DNA from: Candidatus Yanofskybacteria bacterium RIFCSPLOWO2_02_FULL_44_18
GTDB lineage: Bacteria; Patescibacteriota; Minisyncoccia; 2-02-FULL-40-12; GWA2-44-9
Assembly: GCA_001794755.1 (NCBI GenBank)
Contig: MGKT01000006.1
Coordinates: 40,700-104,699, forward strand
Direction: 5' to 3'
Length of the DNA: 64,000 nucleotides
Below are positions 19,800 through 29,060 of the stretch, one piece after another. The position numbers and the translations under genes are program-made. The notes beneath the pieces were generated by a model that made no database searches, was not told the origin of the DNA, and saw only the letters and a list, made by a program, of their open reading frames with translations. Each line of letters opens with the position of its first letter. The first letter of the stretch is position 1.

Positions 19800-19872
19800 T
19801 CCGCCCTGCAGGACTCGAACCTGCGACCCTCTGCTTAAAAGGCAGGTGCTCTACCAACTGAGCTAAGGGCGG
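19800..19872 (-). tRNA. tRNA-Lys (UUU), CCA not encoded
   Basis: CCGCCCT/AGGGCGG acceptor stem, GCTC-AGTTGGTA-GAGC D arm, anticodon loop CTTTTAA, GCAGG-TTCGAGT-CCTGC T arm. Confidence 0.97.
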
Positions 19873-19937
19873 AATATTTATGAAATCATACCACATAATG
19901 GACTGAAAACCAACAAAAAGGCACCTTGTTAGGTGCT

Positions 19938-20807
19938 TTACGACAAAAGAATCGCCCGCCTTGCTTCCCTGATTAATTCATCGTTTATAACTTTTTGGCA
20001 TTGCGGCGCTTCTGCAAAGTTCTTAGCCCGTTCTTGCTCATACCGCTTTTCCTCGTTTCTAAAATCGTTCAGTAAATCAAGATAATGATAATACTTCGCA
20101 ACACGCTCTGAGGTATCGCGATGCAACAGAACAAGTGTGATTTTATCTTCCTCATTAGTCCATTTTACGCCTACGTCACCCCTAACAATTCCTGCATGAG
20201 GAAGGGTGAACCTATTCTTGAATTCATTGTTGAATGCCTCTTCCTCCCTTTCTTCCTCCATATTCGATGCCGGAACGACTACTTGGCTATGGTGAAGGTA
20301 ATAATAATAATACCCATTATGAACTTGAGAATAAGAACCGGGATTTGACCGGATGTCGCATCGTGAGATAAAATCTGCCCATTTTAAAACACTGTCGAAA
20401 AATGGCTTCAAGGCATTAGGCAATGAATCCAGAGATAATTGTTGGCCGAGACATATTATCAATGACTGACTGCTGGTTTTTTGCTCAAGTATGGGCCGAA
20501 GCTCATTTAGAATCCTATCCAGAATATCCGGCCTTCTAGTACACGCGATCCGAAATCTTTTATCTGTCATTCTGCATCTTAGACGAAAGCGAATCGCTTT
20601 TAAACCTGTTCCAACATGCCAAGTAATCCATATCACTGATTCATATATTTTACCTTTAATAAATGATTCAATGTCGATTGTGTACGCATCTTCAATGGGC
20701 GGAATCACTGGACAGGCTTCCAAGATATCAATGGATGGGATTTCACCATTTACACCTTGAGCATCATACCTTCTTCTCCAGCCGTATGTTATGGGAACAC
20801 TACACAT
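19938..20807 (-). CDS. Hypothetical protein (orphan)
   Basis: 289-aa ORF with GAGGAG RBS, upstream TATAAT and downstream hairpin gcacct/aggtgc plus T-run. Confidence 0.65.
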   Translation of the reverse strand: MCSVPITYGWRRRYDAQGVNGEIPSIDILEACPVIPPIEDAYTIDIESFIKGKIYESVIWITWHVGTGLKAIRFRLRCRMTDKRFRIACTRRPDILDRILNELRPILEQKTSSQSLIICLGQQLSLDSLPNALKPFFDSVLKWADFISRCDIRSNPGSYSQVHNGYYYYYLHHSQVVVPASNMEEEREEEAFNNEFKNRFTLPHAGIVRGDVGVKWTNEEDKITLVLLHRDTSERVAKYYHYLDLLNDFRNEEKRYEQERAKNFAEAPQCQKVINDELIREARRAILLS

Positions 20808-20877
20808 ATACTCCTCTCAATGAACTAGGGATTATATCTCACAATATATGCAAAACGTCAAGGCGGTGGGACAATGA

Positions 20878-22128
20878 TTATTTTTTAAGCACTGACATTA
20901 TCTTGTCGGCATTTTCAAATATTAAATTCCTGTCGCCGATGATGCAGACCCTTACCGCAAGATAGTCTTCGAGTTCTGATTTCATGGACTCAAAATATTC
21001 CTTATGGGTTTTTTTCAGCGACATAACTTCGCCGTTATCGTGGTATACAATATCCTGCGGTTCAAATCGCCAAGGATTGAGAATCGGCACAATCACAATC
21101 TTGAAGGAATCAGCGCCGATAATTTTCGAAATTTGGCTCTCCAATTTTTCCAGATTCGCCGGTGAATTTCTTTTTGCGAATTTCTCAAAAAAATTAACAT
21201 CTTCGCCGACTACTTTGATATTTTTCCCGGCAATTCTTTCTCTTATCCTTCGGCTTTTCAATCTCACCACAAGCCCTGTCCGGGGCAGATTTCTTTCAAC
21301 CAGGGCTTGATATTGCCAGCGAAGAACGGCATCTTCGCTTAAAAATATTCTGGCCATAATCTGATGGTCGTTCATTTTCCAAAGATCAGGCGGTTTTATT
21401 TTTTCCTTCAGAATCAGTCTGGCAATTATTTTTTGCATGAATCTCTGCGAAATCAGAGTGGATTTATGCAGATACACTTCCTTGTACATATAGATATACA
21501 GTCTTTGGATTTGTTTTGCCGCTTCCAACGCTTTTTTATCAATGACCATATTGCCGTCCATAAAAGTAGAATAATCCAATATTGTTTCGACATCCGGCCT
21601 CTGGCCGAAACCGGTATGATATGTGTCCCGCTCAAGATAATCGAGCTTATCCGTGCCGATATTTCTGTCCATTACAATCCGATAAAGGCTATTCTTGCGA
21701 TTAAATAGTGTCAGAATAAAATTATAATCCCCGCCTGATTTTGTAATCGCTGTTTTTAGAGACTTGATGATTCTGGCCCCGTTTTTGTCGTGATCATACG
21801 GAGTTAATTCCTCGATAACATGGGAAAACGGGCCGTGGCCGATGTCATGAAGCAGACCGAAAAGAGAGATATTCAACGCTTCTTTATGGTTGAGAATATA
21901 ATCCGTAATCAGGCGCTGGCAAAAATTCCTAGTTTTATGATAAACGCCCAAAGCATGCTCAAACCGGTTATGGGTCGCGCCGGGGAAAACGCTCAAAGTC
22001 GTGCCCAGCTGGCCGACATGCAAAAGCCGCTGAAATAGCGGATGATTTATTATCGGTAATATGTTCCTGACGTCGATGCTTACTCCCGGCGGTATTCGAA
22101 TATACTTCTTGTAGTGTCCGGACTCCAT
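20878..22128 (-). CDS. HD-domain phosphohydrolase (SAMHD1-like dNTP triphosphohydrolase family)
   Basis: FQRL..VGQLG, HNRFEHALG, LLHDIGHGPFSH, DKLDYLERD, VYLHK. Confidence 0.9.
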   Translation of the reverse strand: MESGHYKKYIRIPPGVSIDVRNILPIINHPLFQRLLHVGQLGTTLSVFPGATHNRFEHALGVYHKTRNFCQRLITDYILNHKEALNISLFGLLHDIGHGPFSHVIEELTPYDHDKNGARIIKSLKTAITKSGGDYNFILTLFNRKNSLYRIVMDRNIGTDKLDYLERDTYHTGFGQRPDVETILDYSTFMDGNMVIDKKALEAAKQIQRLYIYMYKEVYLHKSTLISQRFMQKIIARLILKEKIKPPDLWKMNDHQIMARIFLSEDAVLRWQYQALVERNLPRTGLVVRLKSRRIRERIAGKNIKVVGEDVNFFEKFAKRNSPANLEKLESQISKIIGADSFKIVIVPILNPWRFEPQDIVYHDNGEVMSLKKTHKEYFESMKSELEDYLAVRVCIIGDRNLIFENADKIMSVLKK

Positions 22129-22171
22129 ATCCAGAAACTAACAAAATATGGATTACTGGTAAAGGAATGAT

Positions 22172-23740
22172 CTACTCTTTTTTCTTCAAAGCATCCTGAA
22201 GCAGTTTTCTCAATTCATCGGTATTGGTTTCCTTTTTCTCTTTGTCCTTCTGGCTTTTTTCAACCCGGCGGCCTTTAAAATCAACGGCCCCTCTGTTTAA
22301 GTCTCGCAATGAGGCGGACCTGGAGCCGACATTGGCTTCTTGTATTCGGCTGCGGCGGTCGGCATCCCTGGCCGGTGGACGCATCGGGGCCGGCGGGCGG
22401 ATCGGACTTCTCTGGGGCGTAAACTGCCTTTCTCTTTCCATATTTTCTTGGGCCACCCATCCCATCCAGTCCGCAGTATGTTTTTCGACAATTTCTTTCG
22501 GCGTCGTAAACTGTTCGCGCGATGCGGAGACAATTTCTTTTTTGAAATTTACTTCCGGTTTCGGAAACGGCGGCAATGTCCCGGCTGAAAACGGCTTAGA
22601 GGAGATACCATCAATCATCAGTCTTAAATATATGTTGTATTTTCCCAAATTGACCAAATCCGTCATTGTAAAATCAGGTTCATACCATCTTTCCAGAAAT
22701 TCGGCGTCCTCCGCTCCGACGCGGAATGTGACTAAAGTGCCGACGTTGCCGAATACGGCATCTCTGACGACTTCTTCCATTTGAGTAATATACTGATGGC
22801 CCAGCGTCAGGCATAAATGGTATTTTCTGGCCTCGGATAATATGTTTACGAACGATTCGGTGGCAAAATTTTGAAACTCATCGACATAGAGATAAAAATC
22901 AGGCCGCTGATTTTCAGGCACATCAACGCGCGACATGGCTGCTAGCTGTAGTTTAGTAATCAAAAGCGCTCCCAAAAGACGCGAAGCATCCTCGCCAATT
23001 TCGCCTTTTGACACGTTTACAATTAATATCTTGCCCTCATCCATAATCTTGCGCATGTCGATTTTTGAACGCGGCTGGCCGATGATATTCCTGATAACGT
23101 TGTTGGAACTGAATTGGCCAACCTTATTTTGAATCGCGGCTGTGGCTTCGGTCGCAAACTTATCCGCATATTTCGCGAATTCATCAATCCAGAAACCTTT
23201 GACAATCGGGTCTTTGATGTTGGATACGACCTCTTTTCGATATTCCTTGTTGGAAAGCATCCGGTTGATGCCGAGAATGGTGGAATTGGGATACTCAAGC
23301 AAGGCCAGTATCGTGTTATTTAAAATATATTCCATTCGGCCCGACCAGGCATCCACCCATATTTTCTTGAAAACACCCAGAAGACCGCTGGCCACGAGAT
23401 GGCGATATTCAAAAGGGACTTTCTCCATGACGTTGAACGCGATTGGAAAATCAAGGTCATTGGGTTGGAAATATATAACGTCTTTGATTCTCTCTTCTGG
23501 CACGAAATCAAGAAGGTCAATCGCTGCGTCTCCGTGAGGATCAATAAAGGCAACGCCGCGTCCGGCTTCGATGTCCTGTATGGCCATGTTCTTCATGAGC
23601 TCAGATTTGCCCATACCGGTCGAGCCGATAACGTAAACGTGGCGGCGGCGGTCATCCGGTTTTACGCCAAATCGAACTTTCTTGTTCCGAAAATTTGTCT
23701 CTCCCAAAAATACGATATCTCTTTCGTCTGTTTGTCTCAT
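22172..23740 (-). CDS. VirD4/TraD/TrwB-like coupling-protein-family ATPase
   Basis: RHVYVIGSTGMGKS, FIDPHGD, YVDEFQNF, LSEARKY, HQYITQ. Confidence 0.88.
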   Translation of the reverse strand: MRQTDERDIVFLGETNFRNKKVRFGVKPDDRRRHVYVIGSTGMGKSELMKNMAIQDIEAGRGVAFIDPHGDAAIDLLDFVPEERIKDVIYFQPNDLDFPIAFNVMEKVPFEYRHLVASGLLGVFKKIWVDAWSGRMEYILNNTILALLEYPNSTILGINRMLSNKEYRKEVVSNIKDPIVKGFWIDEFAKYADKFATEATAAIQNKVGQFSSNNVIRNIIGQPRSKIDMRKIMDEGKILIVNVSKGEIGEDASRLLGALLITKLQLAAMSRVDVPENQRPDFYLYVDEFQNFATESFVNILSEARKYHLCLTLGHQYITQMEEVVRDAVFGNVGTLVTFRVGAEDAEFLERWYEPDFTMTDLVNLGKYNIYLRLMIDGISSKPFSAGTLPPFPKPEVNFKKEIVSASREQFTTPKEIVEKHTADWMGWVAQENMERERQFTPQRSPIRPPAPMRPPARDADRRSRIQEANVGSRSASLRDLNRGAVDFKGRRVEKSQKDKEKKETNTDELRKLLQDALKKKE

Positions 23741-24987
23741 ATTGGCAGATCAGCCGGCGCCTCCCCTTTCTTGGCCTCAATCCTGGGCAACGTCGCTGTT
23801 TTTACTCCAACATCGGGTATATGGAATATCGACGCCAATTCTTCCGTGTTTAAAACATAAGATTTATCCAAAAATTTTCTTTTTTTGTATCCTTTGTATA
23901 ACTCCACTTTATGATTATACTCTCTGCTTTTTTTAAATACCCAATCAAAATCCGCCGAGATTTTCTTAAAACCGTTGAGGCTTAAGGACGAGAACTGCTT
24001 CAACGTGCCGGATATAACGGCCGGGCGGCTTTTGTTGAATGTCTCCACCGGAGATATGTATACCATTCTTAGGGTGGATTTAAATCCCAATTTTGTGATA
24101 TTTCTTTCAATCGCCTTCAATGCCTCCAGCTTTCCGGGTGTTAATTTCATGCTTGAGAATTCATCCGCTTTCTTATCATCTTTACCCCCAGCCCCGAACA
24201 AAGAATCAATGAAGTCAAAAAACACATTGAATATGTTTTTCTTTACTTCTTCCTTCTTGCCCGTCAGCTTGTCAATTACTTTCTGGGAGTCTTTAACCCA
24301 GTCTTCTCCTTTTTTTGACTGGATTAGTATTTGTAACGCCAGACACTCGCCGGGTCCAAGCAGACTCATGCCTTCAACCAGCGAAGCCAAGGGATCAATT
24401 CTTTGATATTCGTCTTTTCCAGGATTTTTTTCCTCAAAATCGACATAGGTTCGAATCGGATAGGCATCGGGTTTTTCCAGCGTGAATTCACCGACGGCTA
24501 TGTCTGTTTTGTCATCGGGAAGCGTATCGGGATACGCGGCCATATAATCATCAGCGAGGTAAATTTCAGCTTCCGGAAACTGGGCGTATATTGATGACTC
24601 GACCAGATTCCGATGCGCTTCAAGAGTTCTGATAAAAAAATGTATTTCTCCGCCCATGCTCACCAATTCCAAGGAAAACCAATCGCCGACTTTGCCTTTC
24701 CAAAATCCTTCAACCCACTTTTTTCTGACACCGCCCGGAGCGCTGTGCAAAGCGGCAAAAATCTGCTCCATGGCCAAAGGGCTGCGTTTTGATTCTCGGG
24801 GTAATTTCAATTCAAGCATTATCCACTTGAGATTGGATAGGTATATGGATTTTTTGTAATCCTTGAACATGTCAAAGACGACCAAAAACAAAATCACGGG
24901 CGCAATCGCCCACCAATATGAGAACATTGTTAAAAAAACGTTTCCGAGAATATCCCAAACGGGACCTAAAAAGTCAGTGACTAGCAT
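23737..24987 (-). CDS. Membrane-anchored partner of the VirD4-like ATPase
   Basis: N-terminal TM; FSLELVS, IYAQFPEAEI, YPIRTY, LNTEELASIFHIP; 4-nt overlap with the ATPase gene. Confidence 0.8.
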   Translation of the reverse strand: MLVTDFLGPVWDILGNVFLTMFSYWWAIAPVILFLVVFDMFKDYKKSIYLSNLKWIMLELKLPRESKRSPLAMEQIFAALHSAPGGVRKKWVEGFWKGKVGDWFSLELVSMGGEIHFFIRTLEAHRNLVESSIYAQFPEAEIYLADDYMAAYPDTLPDDKTDIAVGEFTLEKPDAYPIRTYVDFEEKNPGKDEYQRIDPLASLVEGMSLLGPGECLALQILIQSKKGEDWVKDSQKVIDKLTGKKEEVKKNIFNVFFDFIDSLFGAGGKDDKKADEFSSMKLTPGKLEALKAIERNITKLGFKSTLRMVYISPVETFNKSRPAVISGTLKQFSSLSLNGFKKISADFDWVFKKSREYNHKVELYKGYKKRKFLDKSYVLNTEELASIFHIPDVGVKTATLPRIEAKKGEAPADLPI

Positions 24988-25035
24988 ATCGTAATTCTAA
25001 TCTAACCGTAGGCATCAATCAATACTCCGTGTTGG

Positions 25036-25067
25036 GCGCAATCCCGATGGCCTCATCGGGATTGCGC
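25036..25067. repeat. Perfect 14-bp GC-rich palindrome (REP-like or terminator)
   Basis: gcgcaatcccgatg-gcct-catcgggattgcgc. Confidence 0.8.
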
Positions 25068-25080
25068 GAATTGACTTTGA

Positions 25081-26139
25081 TTAGAGTTCCTTGAGTTTAT
25101 ACGTTCCGTCTTCCTGCTTGTGAAAGATGTCCGTATCCTGGAGATTGAGCAAAATCGTATTTTCCTTAACCATGCGCATGTCTTTCACCTTGGCCACAAG
25201 CTGGGCCTTTGGCATCGGTTTTTGAGCGTTCCGAAGAATATCCACCAGTACGTCTTTCACGGTGCCCGCCTTATATCCCCAATCCGAAAGAGCGTACATG
25301 CCGCGGCCGACCAGAATAAAACGATTATCTTTAATCAGTTCATTATGAACAGTCTGGACGTTGGCCCGACGGTTATCAAATCTGGATGCATTTATTAATC
25401 TGGCAATATCAGAAAAATGGCGAGGCTGATTTTCTTTCTTTAAAACCAGATAGGCTTTATCCCTGACGCCTTTGGGCTGTATTTCCGGCCAAGCCGCAAG
25501 ACCGATTTCATTAAAAATATTTTTATCGATTTTTTTAGACACGTTTAAGGCCAGATTGACATGATTTTCATTTAACGGCTGGCTGTCAAATCCGGACACA
25601 TTCGTCTTTCTGGCCAAAGACAGCAGTTCTTCTTTTGACATAACATTGTTGTGACGAGCCAGAGTTGAAATTAGGCTCTCGGTCATAGCCTTAAATCCCT
25701 TGGAATGTTCACCGCTTAATGCCCAGAAAGCGTGATATGTATCATTTTCTGAAAAACGTTCTAATTTGTTACTAAGGGTGAGTATAAAAACAAGACCGGA
25801 ATTTTGGGCCGTTTCTTTTTCTGAGCCGGTAGCAATGCCGAAAAGGCCGCTTTCTTTTATAACGCCCTGGTGATCGTCGATTATATTCTTGACGGTTTCA
25901 ATGTGAAACTGCGCGTCGGGCAGGGCAGAAATGTTCTTTGCAAGCTGTTTTAACGTAGCTTCTTCAATCTGGCGAACTCTTTCTCTTGTGATTTTATAAC
26001 TGGCTCCGATTGACTCCAGGGTTTCTTTTTTCCCTTTTATAAGACCAAAACGGCGAGACAGAATGTCTCGATTTCGAGGTGAAAGGGTTTTTAAGACGGC
26101 CTTTACCGTCTTATTTATTTGTGAGAAATTACTTGCCAT
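25081..26139 (-). CDS. Sigma70 region-4-like HTH protein with C-terminal winged HTH domains
   Basis: RRFGL...TLESIG..YKITRERVRQIE; TVHNELIKD.RFILVGRGMYAL.DWG; no sigma region 2 recognised. Confidence 0.8.
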   Translation of the reverse strand: MASNFSQINKTVKAVLKTLSPRNRDILSRRFGLIKGKKETLESIGASYKITRERVRQIEEATLKQLAKNISALPDAQFHIETVKNIIDDHQGVIKESGLFGIATGSEKETAQNSGLVFILTLSNKLERFSENDTYHAFWALSGEHSKGFKAMTESLISTLARHNNVMSKEELLSLARKTNVSGFDSQPLNENHVNLALNVSKKIDKNIFNEIGLAAWPEIQPKGVRDKAYLVLKKENQPRHFSDIARLINASRFDNRRANVQTVHNELIKDNRFILVGRGMYALSDWGYKAGTVKDVLVDILRNAQKPMPKAQLVAKVKDMRMVKENTILLNLQDTDIFHKQEDGTYKLKEL

Positions 26140-26181
26140 CTATATTATATATTATATCATTTCGCATAAAATACGTCAATA

Positions 26182-27066
26182 TCACCTCTTTTTTGTCCAC
26201 CATACCAGAATCGGAGAGGCGATGAAAATTGATGAATATGCCCCTAAAAATATGCCTATTATCAAAGCCAAGGCAAAATATTTAACGGTCTCGCCCCCAA
26301 ACACGTATATGGCAACCAGTGAAAGAAGCGTTGTGAAAGTAGTGCTCAATGATCGGGATAAAGTCTGCATTATGCTTAGGTGAACAGTTTTTCCGAATTC
26401 TTCTCTTGTCTTACCTCTTATAATATTTTCTCTGACTCTGTCAAATACCACCACCGTATCGGAAACGGAATACCCCAATATAGTCAAGACGGCGGCCACG
26501 AACACGGCCGTTATCTCCACATTATACAACCTGCCAAGAATGGCAAACACTCCCATGGGAATAATAATGTCGTGGACCAAAGCCGCCGTGGCCGATAAGC
26601 CCATAGCCCAAGGCGACAGCACGCGAGCAAGTTTTCGAAATACGATGGCAATGTATACGATAATGCAGGCGAGAACGATAATAATAGCGGTTAAACTTTT
26701 TTCCTTCAATTCTTTTCCGATGACCGGGCCAATCGAATCAAACCTTTTTTCCTCAATTTGGCCGAAGTCCGACTGGAGACTTGCCAGAATCCGCTGATGT
26801 TCTTCTTCGCTTAATTGCTCTGTCTTAATGATTAAACTGTTCTCCTCTGAGGGGCTGACCGATGATTTAATCCCGGATTCAAGAATGTTTTTTTGGACAA
26901 CGTGGGCTTCGGGCTTTGACTGAAAAGATATCTCCATCAGGCTTCCGCCTCTAAAATCCACGCCGAAGTTAAGGCCGAAAATAACAATCATGACCACAGC
27001 CAAAATCGTCAATGCAATGGAAAAGAAGAATATTATCGGATATATCTTGGACATTAAAATAGCCAT
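26182..27066 (-). CDS. secF: Protein translocase subunit SecF
   Basis: GVDFRGG, IGPVIGKEL, GYSVSDTVVVFDRVRE, GAYSSIFIA. Confidence 0.96.
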   Translation of the reverse strand: MAILMSKIYPIIFFFSIALTILAVVMIVIFGLNFGVDFRGGSLMEISFQSKPEAHVVQKNILESGIKSSVSPSEENSLIIKTEQLSEEEHQRILASLQSDFGQIEEKRFDSIGPVIGKELKEKSLTAIIIVLACIIVYIAIVFRKLARVLSPWAMGLSATAALVHDIIIPMGVFAILGRLYNVEITAVFVAAVLTILGYSVSDTVVVFDRVRENIIRGKTREEFGKTVHLSIMQTLSRSLSTTFTTLLSLVAIYVFGGETVKYFALALIIGIFLGAYSSIFIASPILVWWTKKR

Positions 27067-28337
27067 TTTTTCCGATCAAATCGGGGACCGGAAAAAACGT
27101 TCAGAAATGCTCTGGTAACAATAGTGGCAGTGAATAAACTGGTTAGGACACCCACTCCCAATGTCAAAGCGAATCCTTTTACGATTGACGTTGTAAATAT
27201 ATACAGGACAACGGCGCCGATTAAAGTCGTCACGTGGCTGTCCCGGATTGAAAGCCAAGCTCTGGAAAAACCTTCATGCATGGATTGATAAACAGTTTTA
27301 CCAGCTTTCATTTCTTCCCTCATTCGCGCGAAGATAAGAACATTTGCGTCAACTGCCATGCCCAGGGACAATATAAAACCGGCAATGCCCGCCAACGAAA
27401 GCGTAACCGGTATCAGCTTGTATACCGCCAAAACAATTAATACGTATATTATCAAGGCAAGAACGGAAATAGCCCCGGGCAGGCGGTACATAATAATCAT
27501 AAACACTGCCACAAAAATCAAACCGTATATTCCGGCTTTAAGACTTTTGGCCAGCGATTCAGCGCCTAAAGTGGCCCCAATCGTCTGCTGGGATATCAAT
27601 TTAATGGGAACCGGCAATGCCCCGGAATTCAGGCGAGTGGCCAGAAGCTTTGCCTCTTGAGCCGTGAATCGCCCCGATATGACGGCATTGCCGTCCGGAA
27701 TCTCTGTTTGGACAACGGGTGTTGATATCGGCTGGCCATCCAAATATATGGCCAGTATTTTGCCGATATTTCTTTTGGTGATTTCGGCAAAGAGTTTCCG
27801 GCCTTCATCATTTAATTGTAAACTAATCTCCGGCTGATATGTCTGCGGATCGAATATGACTGAAGCTCTTTGGAGATGTCGGCCGTTGAGGCCGGTGCTT
27901 GTGAACGGGTCATCGTTACTTTCTCCTTTATTAATCCGCTCGACAATTTCATTGAAATTCGGCTTCTGCTCTTTGAATTCCAGAAAAGGAGTTTCGCCTA
28001 TCAATTGTATGGCTTGGTTTACGTCTTTGATGCCCGCCAGTTCGACAACCAATCTGTCTGATCCGCTGACTTGAACCACCGGCTCGGCCACGCCGAAAAG
28101 ATTGACTCTTCTTTCAATGACATCCCTTATGCCGTCCATGGCATCGCTCCGTTCACTCGGACCAATTTGAGACAAGTCGGCCTCGTACAGCAAATGGGCC
28201 CCGCCTAGAAGATCAAGGCCGAGTCTAAAGGGAGTGTTTGGAAACGAGGGATAAAATTTTTGGACTGATTGAGGATATACAAAAATAAAAAGAAGCAGGG
28301 AGGCAAGAATTATGATAACCGGATAATATTTTTTCAC
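27054..28337 (-). CDS. secD: Protein translocase subunit SecD
   Basis: LGLDLLGG, RVNLFGVAEP, SGALPVP, GMAVDANVLI, KGFALTL. Confidence 0.96.
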   Translation of the reverse strand: MKKYYPVIIILASLLLFIFVYPQSVQKFYPSFPNTPFRLGLDLLGGAHLLYEADLSQIGPSERSDAMDGIRDVIERRVNLFGVAEPVVQVSGSDRLVVELAGIKDVNQAIQLIGETPFLEFKEQKPNFNEIVERINKGESNDDPFTSTGLNGRHLQRASVIFDPQTYQPEISLQLNDEGRKLFAEITKRNIGKILAIYLDGQPISTPVVQTEIPDGNAVISGRFTAQEAKLLATRLNSGALPVPIKLISQQTIGATLGAESLAKSLKAGIYGLIFVAVFMIIMYRLPGAISVLALIIYVLIVLAVYKLIPVTLSLAGIAGFILSLGMAVDANVLIFARMREEMKAGKTVYQSMHEGFSRAWLSIRDSHVTTLIGAVVLYIFTTSIVKGFALTLGVGVLTSLFTATIVTRAFLNVFSGPRFDRKKWLF

Positions 28338-28376
28338 GTCTTAATTATTAAAACACACCTATAATTTTTTGCAAAT

Positions 28377-28399
28377 AAAAAACGGGGCTTTCACCCCGT
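28377..28399 (-). terminator. Intrinsic terminator of the NYN gene
   Basis: Minus strand acggggtgaaagccccgt followed by a T-run. Confidence 0.7.
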
Positions 28400-28424
28400 C
28401 ATCCTCGTTTAGAGGATACCACTA

Positions 28425-29060
28425 CTACACGTCAGACACCTTGGTTTCCGTACTCGCCCCGTCGGCGATCCGGATCAACGACTGGAGAAGTTTCTGGATG
28501 ACATCGGCCGGCGCCACGAGTGTCAGTTTGAACTCGAGCTTTTTTCGTGGCGGTTCCCGCACCGGCTCGGTTTTGTCTTCCCACGGCCGGCGCATGATTT
28601 GCATCGCATGGTCGGCAAGGTCGACGAACTCGAACTCACCCTTCTCGAACAGGTCGATCAACGACTGGCTGATGGAGGTTGAGCTCCCATTTCCAGCCTT
28701 TGTTCCGACCCAGACGATCCTTGCACCTCCTTCTTTCTTGATGCGAAGATTCGATACGAAATCCTGGTCGTTGGAAACGATGATGATCTCGTTCGCTTTC
28801 GTTTCGTTGATGAGCGCGTAAATTACCGCGTCATCGGCACCCGGCTCATCCACCGGAATCACTTCAAACCCTGCCGTCCGCAGGTGTTTGCCGAATGCTT
28901 TTTCACTGGCCCTATTTAGGACGTATGTCATGCGTTCAAGTTCCGCCGATTTGCCGAGTCCCCTGAGCAACGCAGCCAGCTCACCGAAGTTGAAAACCCC
29001 GATGCCAAGAGCCCGCCGCATCCATGAGAGCGAGTTGCCATCCACGAAAACTGATTTCAT
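28425..29060 (-). CDS. NYN/LabA (PIN-like) domain protein
   Basis: VFVDGNS, GADD, IIIVSNDQDF, FVDL; AGGAG RBS; GC-richer than flanks. Confidence 0.8.
   Translation of the reverse strand: MKSVFVDGNSLSWMRRALGIGVFNFGELAALLRGLGKSAELERMTYVLNRASEKAFGKHLRTAGFEVIPVDEPGADDAVIYALINETKANEIIIVSNDQDFVSNLRIKKEGGARIVWVGTKAGNGSSTSISQSLIDLFEKGEFEFVDLADHAMQIMRRPWEDKTEPVREPPRKKLEFKLTLVAPADVIQKLLQSLIRIADGASTETKVSDV

Noticed and set aside
15763-19817. CRISPR interpretation of the repeats
   Set aside because: Only three cores, spacings of 133 and 3,873 bp, core derived from the tRNA, no cas genes
19664-19896. ORFs 19664-19861 (+) and 19708-19896 (-)
   Set aside because: They overlap the tRNA and the repeat unit
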